From the NCBI GenBank assembly GCA_963682135.1, contig OY821645.1:2752001-2816000 (forward strand): a stretch of 64,000 nt of DNA, read 5' to 3'. The notes beneath the pieces were generated by a model that searched no databases, was not told where the DNA came from, and was given only the letters and a program-made list of their open reading frames with translations. Numbering within the stretch: the stretch's first letter is position 1; each line of letters begins with the position of its first letter. Positions 60,041 to 64,000 of the stretch are shown in pieces. The DNA is from Methanothrix sp. GTDB lineage: Archaea; Halobacteriota; Methanosarcinia; Methanotrichales; Methanotrichaceae. The translations under genes and the position numbers were made by a program.

Positions 60041-60916
60041 ATGTTTATAAAGCCTGAGGGGGGCATGTTGTGCTTGAAGTGGGTACTGATTCTCATTTAT
60101 ATTCTCATGGCTGCATTGTTGATTGGAATCACTCAGAGCGCGGAAAATTATTATGAAACGACAGAGGATGAAGGCCTCCGGTTCAGTTCCAATCAGACGG
60201 TGGAAGGGTTTGGAATTGCCAGCTCATACATGTGCATGGATTCAGCAAATCGGGTGCTTCATTCTCATAGTAGTGGTAGCGGTGTCTTCAGCAGTGAATC
60301 CAAAGCCATGGTCCGGGAAGGAGTAGTCACAAAATTGAATCCTGGTTCGTTCTCATCAAACACAGGTGTTGGATTTCAAGAGAATGCCAGCAAAGCCTAT
60401 TCCCCAACGAGACTTGATTTTCCCGGAAGCTTTCATTCCAGTCCAATCAGCTCTTTATGGAGCGATTCCACAATTCTCTATGCCGGGGGCGATAAAGTCA
60501 CGGCTCTTGAAGCAAACTTTGATCAGGTGCAGGCTCTGAACAAAGAGATGAAAACAACTACTTCCGGAAACGGGGCCTATGAAGATACGTCGTCATCCAC
60601 TTCTTTTGCGGGAAGCATGGACCTTAATGTCGTATTCAATGGCACGGGGCAGATCGGTGCGTATGTAGGACCGCTTGACGGGAATAATCCGGATGTTTTG
60701 ACGGACAGGTACTACTTAGTCGATAATTACTATCGAGGCGCTTTCACCATAAGCAACAAGATGAAGATTGGATATAAAGCAACTCTCCGACAAGAGGAAG
60801 CTGAGTGGATGCCGTGCTGCTCGGGCGGCTGGGCAAGCATGAATTACAAAGAAAAAGAGAGTTTTCCGGTCGATGTGAACAGGGTATTCAATTGCACTTG
60901 CTTCTCAGTGCCTTAA
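60041..60916 (+). CDS. Secreted protein resembling the core of the C-terminal module of the giant surface proteins
   Basis: Signal peptide (start probably the ATG at ~60066); HSSGSGVFSSE, AYSPTRLDFPG...SSLWSDST, FNGTGQI, DNYYRGAFTISNK, WMPCC. Confidence 0.7.
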   Translation: MFIKPEGGMLCLKWVLILIYILMAALLIGITQSAENYYETTEDEGLRFSSNQTVEGFGIASSYMCMDSANRVLHSHSSGSGVFSSESKAMVREGVVTKLNPGSFSSNTGVGFQENASKAYSPTRLDFPGSFHSSPISSLWSDSTILYAGGDKVTALEANFDQVQALNKEMKTTTSGNGAYEDTSSSTSFAGSMDLNVVFNGTGQIGAYVGPLDGNNPDVLTDRYYLVDNYYRGAFTISNKMKIGYKATLRQEEAEWMPCCSGGWASMNYKEKESFPVDVNRVFNCTCFSVP

Positions 60917-61002
60917 CTGTACCGACTTCATCAGAAGAGCACAGAGGATGCACGAGAGCAAAACGTAGATAATATCAAATACAAAAAGCATGGAATTTCG
61001 AT

Positions 61003-61410
61003 ATGATGAAGCTCACAGCATTTGTATCCGGCAAAGTCCAGGAGGTAGGCTATCGAGACAGGATAGTCGATATAGCCAATGCGTTTGGCCTCAAGGGTAT
61101 GGTGGAGAATTTAAAGGATGGCCGGGTGAAGATAATAGCTGAGGGCGAGGATGAAAAGCTCAAATGGTTTGAGAGTGCCATTGATATAAAGAATACCTTA
61201 ATCTATGTCTCGTCCATAGAAAAGCAATAATCTCCTGACGCAATGAGTTCGACAGTTTCGGGAAGTTGGTGCTCAAAGGTGAGGTAGAAACCTGGCTGGA
61301 CATAGCTCCCATCTATCTTAAAGAGATAGTCTTTACGCTCAAAAAGATGAATGATAACCTTGGGCGGCAAGCGTAATCAGATGATCTGCAAGCAGGATGA
61401 ACTATTATTA
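61003..61410 (+). pseudogene. Acylphosphatase-coiled-coil paralog (copy 3), nonsense + frameshifts
   Basis: VSGKVQEVGYR...MVENLKDGRVKIIAEG, TAA at 61228-30; homology continues in other frames (FGKLVLKGE...MNDNLG, QMICKQDELL). Confidence 0.8.
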
Positions 61411-61566
61411 ACCACAGAGGTAACAGAACCATTGCGTTCCTCACTCGAAAATAGCGGAGAACGATAATTAAAGCGTTAGAATAAATGATCATGTGCTCTT
61501 TCGATGCCGTTATCCCTCAACTATATAATGGATAAGGTCATCAGTATAAGCAGGAGTGTACTCTAA

Positions 61567-61815
61567 TTGTCTGAATACCTTATACCCATTAAGATCGAAA
61601 AACTGGAAGAAGGAGTTTATCTAGCCACAAGCGATACTCTGCAAGGGCTGGTGGCTCAAGGCAGGACAATTGCAGAGACGATGGAAATAGCACAAGATGT
61701 AGCCAGGAAACTTATTGAATCATATATTGAACATGGCGATCCCCTTCCAGATAAGATGACTCCTGCGGCAAGGATTGTCCGGAATATCAAGATACCAGTT
61801 GCAATTACTGTATGA
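61567..61815 (+). CDS. hicB: HicB-family antitoxin
   Basis: IEKLEEGVYLAT...LQGLVAQGRTIAE...A..LIE....GDPLP. Confidence 0.88.
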   Translation: MSEYLIPIKIEKLEEGVYLATSDTLQGLVAQGRTIAETMEIAQDVARKLIESYIEHGDPLPDKMTPAARIVRNIKIPVAITV

Positions 61816-62027
61816 CGAAAATTCCGGTTCTTACCGCAAGAGATGTCATCAGGGGATTAAAAAGAGCTGGATTTGAATTTGACCGTCAAGCGAAAGGAAG
61901 CCACGAGATCTGGTATAATCCAGACACTAAAAGAAGGACGACAATTCCCAATCATCCTGGCATTGAAATAAAAAAAGGAACGCTCAAGGCAATACTTGAG
62001 CAAGCAGGTCTTTCATTAGAAAATTAA
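61812..62027 (+). CDS. hicA: HicA-family toxin
   Basis: LKRAGF..DRQAKGSHEIW...TIP.H...IKKGTLKAIL.QAGL. Confidence 0.9.
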   Translation: MTKIPVLTARDVIRGLKRAGFEFDRQAKGSHEIWYNPDTKRRTTIPNHPGIEIKKGTLKAILEQAGLSLEN

Positions 62028-62051
62028 AAACATTTCTGCGGTCTACGACTT

Positions 62052-62142
62052 TCACACAAAGGCACCAAGCCACAAAGAACGCACAAAGAGATAGTCTAAT
62101 CGTTTAGTCCGTCGTCTTTGTGCCTTTGTTTCTTTGTGGTGA
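62052..62142. repeat. Imperfect palindrome built from CACAAAG units
   Basis: cacacaaaggcaccaagccacaaagaacgcacaaaga ... tctttgtgcctttgtttctttgtggtga. Confidence 0.75.
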
Positions 62143-62235
62143 GCGTTCGTTGCCACTGGTTATAATTATCAATCTTCAAAGAGAAAGGCTTTCCATTCAT
62201 AATATTATCACTATATCAAATCACTACGAGGCTCT

Positions 62236-63219
62236 ATGTCCCTAACCATCGCCGCCATGCCCGCCTACAACGAGGAGCGCTCCATCGCCAGAATGGTCCT
62301 CGGCTGCCAGAAGTACGTCGACCGCGTGATCGTGGTCGATGACGGTAGCTCTGATGCTACGGCGGAGCTTGCATCCTCTGCAGGAGCCCATGTCGTTCGG
62401 CACGAGTGGAATGCAGGCTACGGGGCGGCTCTTCGCTCCTGTTTTGAGGCGGCCAGAGATTTGGGCGCGGACAGGATGGTTATCATCGACGCTGATGGGC
62501 AGCATGATCCCGATGAGATACCCAAGCTTCTCTCGCCTCTGGACAGGGGAGTGGATCTGGTTATTGGCTCGCGGTTTTGCAGAGGGAACGGCCAGGAGGT
62601 TCCCACCTATCGCAAGGTCGGCATGAAGGTTCTTGATATCACCACCAACTTACTGGGGGGCCTTTCCGTCACCGACACCCAGAGCGGCTTTCGCGCCTAC
62701 GGAAAGAGGGCGATAGACTGTATTTGCATTGACGATGACGGCATGTCAGCCGGCTCGGAGATACTTCTTCAGGCCAAGGATAACCGGCTGAAGGTAGAAG
62801 AGGTGGAGATTCATTGCAGCTACGCTGTGGAGAAGGCCTCGAAGCAGAACCCGGTGAGCCACGGTGTCAAAGTGCTCTTGATCTTGCTGCAGGATATGGA
62901 GCTAAGAAGGCCGCTTTACTATTTCACCTTGCCGGGGATGATATTTGCAGCGGTGGGGATCGGGATCGGGCTTGAGCTGCTCAGGGTCTTCTATCATGGC
63001 GGGCAGCTCAGCTATGGTCTCACCATTCTGATGATACTGACGACTCTGGTGGGATCATTCATGGCTTTTACGGGGATTATTCTGCATGCCATCTCCAAGC
63101 TGATCGATCAATCCATGAAGCGGATGGATGCTTCTCGGAGGGTGAGGACGGAGCCTAGCTCGGGTGGGGTGGCACATGAGAATCGCAGTGGTATTAAGAA
63201 CGCGGCCAGAGATAATTAA
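62236..63219 (+). CDS. GT2 glycosyltransferase (dolichol-phosphate mannose synthase-like) with C-terminal TM helices
   Basis: MPAYNEE, VDDGSSD, DADGQH, GSRF, DTQSGFR. Confidence 0.9.
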   Translation: MSLTIAAMPAYNEERSIARMVLGCQKYVDRVIVVDDGSSDATAELASSAGAHVVRHEWNAGYGAALRSCFEAARDLGADRMVIIDADGQHDPDEIPKLLSPLDRGVDLVIGSRFCRGNGQEVPTYRKVGMKVLDITTNLLGGLSVTDTQSGFRAYGKRAIDCICIDDDGMSAGSEILLQAKDNRLKVEEVEIHCSYAVEKASKQNPVSHGVKVLLILLQDMELRRPLYYFTLPGMIFAAVGIGIGLELLRVFYHGGQLSYGLTILMILTTLVGSFMAFTGIILHAISKLIDQSMKRMDASRRVRTEPSSGGVAHENRSGIKNAARDN

Positions 63220-63384
63220 GATGGCACCGGTGATCCGGGACTGCCGGCGGGAGTGAGCTCCATTGAGATGCTCAACGCGACCAAGCAAATGATATCGCAG
63301 GGCGATGGTTGGAATAACCCTTTTGGTGATGGCAAGGCAAGCAATTTAATCCTAGATTTACTTAAGATATTATATGGTGAGTAA
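63176..63384 (+). pseudogene. wecB: UDP-N-acetylglucosamine 2-epimerase remnant (large internal deletion)
   Basis: MRIAVVLRTRPEIIKMAPVIR (N-terminus) joined out of frame to GWNNPFGDGKASNLILDLL* (C-terminus). Confidence 0.82.
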
Positions 63385-63386
63385 AC

Positions 63387-63569
63387 ATGGATGAGATTGA
63401 GGTAGTTTATGAGAAAGGTATTTTCAAACCCTTGGGGTTTATCGACCTTAAAGACGGTACTAAAGCAGTTGTAGTAGTGAGACCTAAAGGGATAGCAGAT
63501 GTGCTGGAGAAATTCAGCAGAAAAGTTGACAAGGATGTTCTAAAAGAGTTCCTGGAGGAGAGAAGGTGA
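63387..63569 (+). CDS. AF2212/DUF104-like antitoxin (VapB partner)
   Basis: [19 protein letters not shown]; overlaps the PIN gene. Confidence 0.85.
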   Translation: MDEIEVVYEKGIFKPLGFIDLKDGTKAVVVVRPKGIADVLEKFSRKVDKDVLKEFLEERR

Positions 63570-64000
63570 TAGTTGTTGACACTTCTGTTTTTCTTGATGA
63601 ACTCTTCAAATTTGATCAGAAAAGGCATGACAAAGCCAGAATCTTATTCCGACTTATTGAGGAGAAAGACGTTCTAATTGTGGAGCCCGAGATATTTAGA
63701 GTAGAGCTGATTGGGCAGCTTGTTAGAAGGATGAAAAAGGATGAGGCCACTGTATTGTATGAATCCATTGTTGAGCGGCTTGATTTTATCAAAGCAAACG
63801 ATTTAGGAGGGGTTGCTTTTTCAATAGCCTTTGAGACCGGCTCAAGGGCAATCGATGCTTCTTTTATAGCTGCTGCTAAAATAGGGGGTTCTCATTTGAT
63901 ATCAAACGATAAAACGCAGGTAGAAAGTGCAAGAAAGTTCGGAGTTGAAGCCTATTATCTACTTGACGAATTTGAAAATGTTAAAGAAATGATGAAATGC
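63566..64000 (+). CDS. vapC: PIN-domain (VapC) toxin, 3'-partial; absent from the ORF track
   Basis: GTG start; IVVDTSVF...VEL...[11 protein letters not shown]...LISND; open to the window end. Confidence 0.85.
   Translation, partial: MIVVDTSVFLDELFKFDQKRHDKARILFRLIEEKDVLIVEPEIFRVELIGQLVRRMKKDEATVLYESIVERLDFIKANDLGGVAFSIAFETGSRAIDASFIAAAKIGGSHLISNDKTQVESARKFGVEAYYLLDEFENVKEMMKC

Overview
Archaeal DNA, most consistent with a Methanothrix (Methanosaeta)-type aceticlastic methanogen. This is inferred from an Fpo operon with no fpoF, fused fpoCD and a Lys-rich FpoI tail, plus deoxyhypusine synthase, Rpp21, TATA-type promoters and giant DUF11/NosD surface proteins. Layout: 1-25 kb holds three very large cell-surface proteins (a >3260-aa DUF11 tandem-repeat protein, a NosD beta-helix protein and a NosD-DUF11 hybrid) around enolase and a nitroreductase/HxlR remnant. 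25.6-36.1 kb is the fpoA-B-CD-H-I-J1-J2-K-L-M-N operon on the minus strand. 36-53 kb is housekeeping and accessory genes, including a half-size FpoO-like gene. 53.7-56.4 kb is a decayed tRNA-Pro-integrated islet with a frameshifted integrase and an AT-rich EVE-nuclease gene. 56.5-64 kb has rnp4, hydrolases, a highly structured ~270-nt intergenic RNA candidate, toxin-antitoxin pairs, a glycosyltransferase and pseudogenes. The most interesting leads are: (1) a conserved anchorless ~750-aa C-terminal module shared by two giant surface proteins, with a stand-alone relative at 60 kb; (2) the structured ncRNA candidate directly upstream of that stand-alone gene; (3) three dispersed acylphosphatase paralogs with variable-number heptad-repeat tails; (4) the half-length FpoO; (5) the EVE-PD-(D/E)XK defence candidate. 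All family calls come from motif recognition by eye; no database searches were run.
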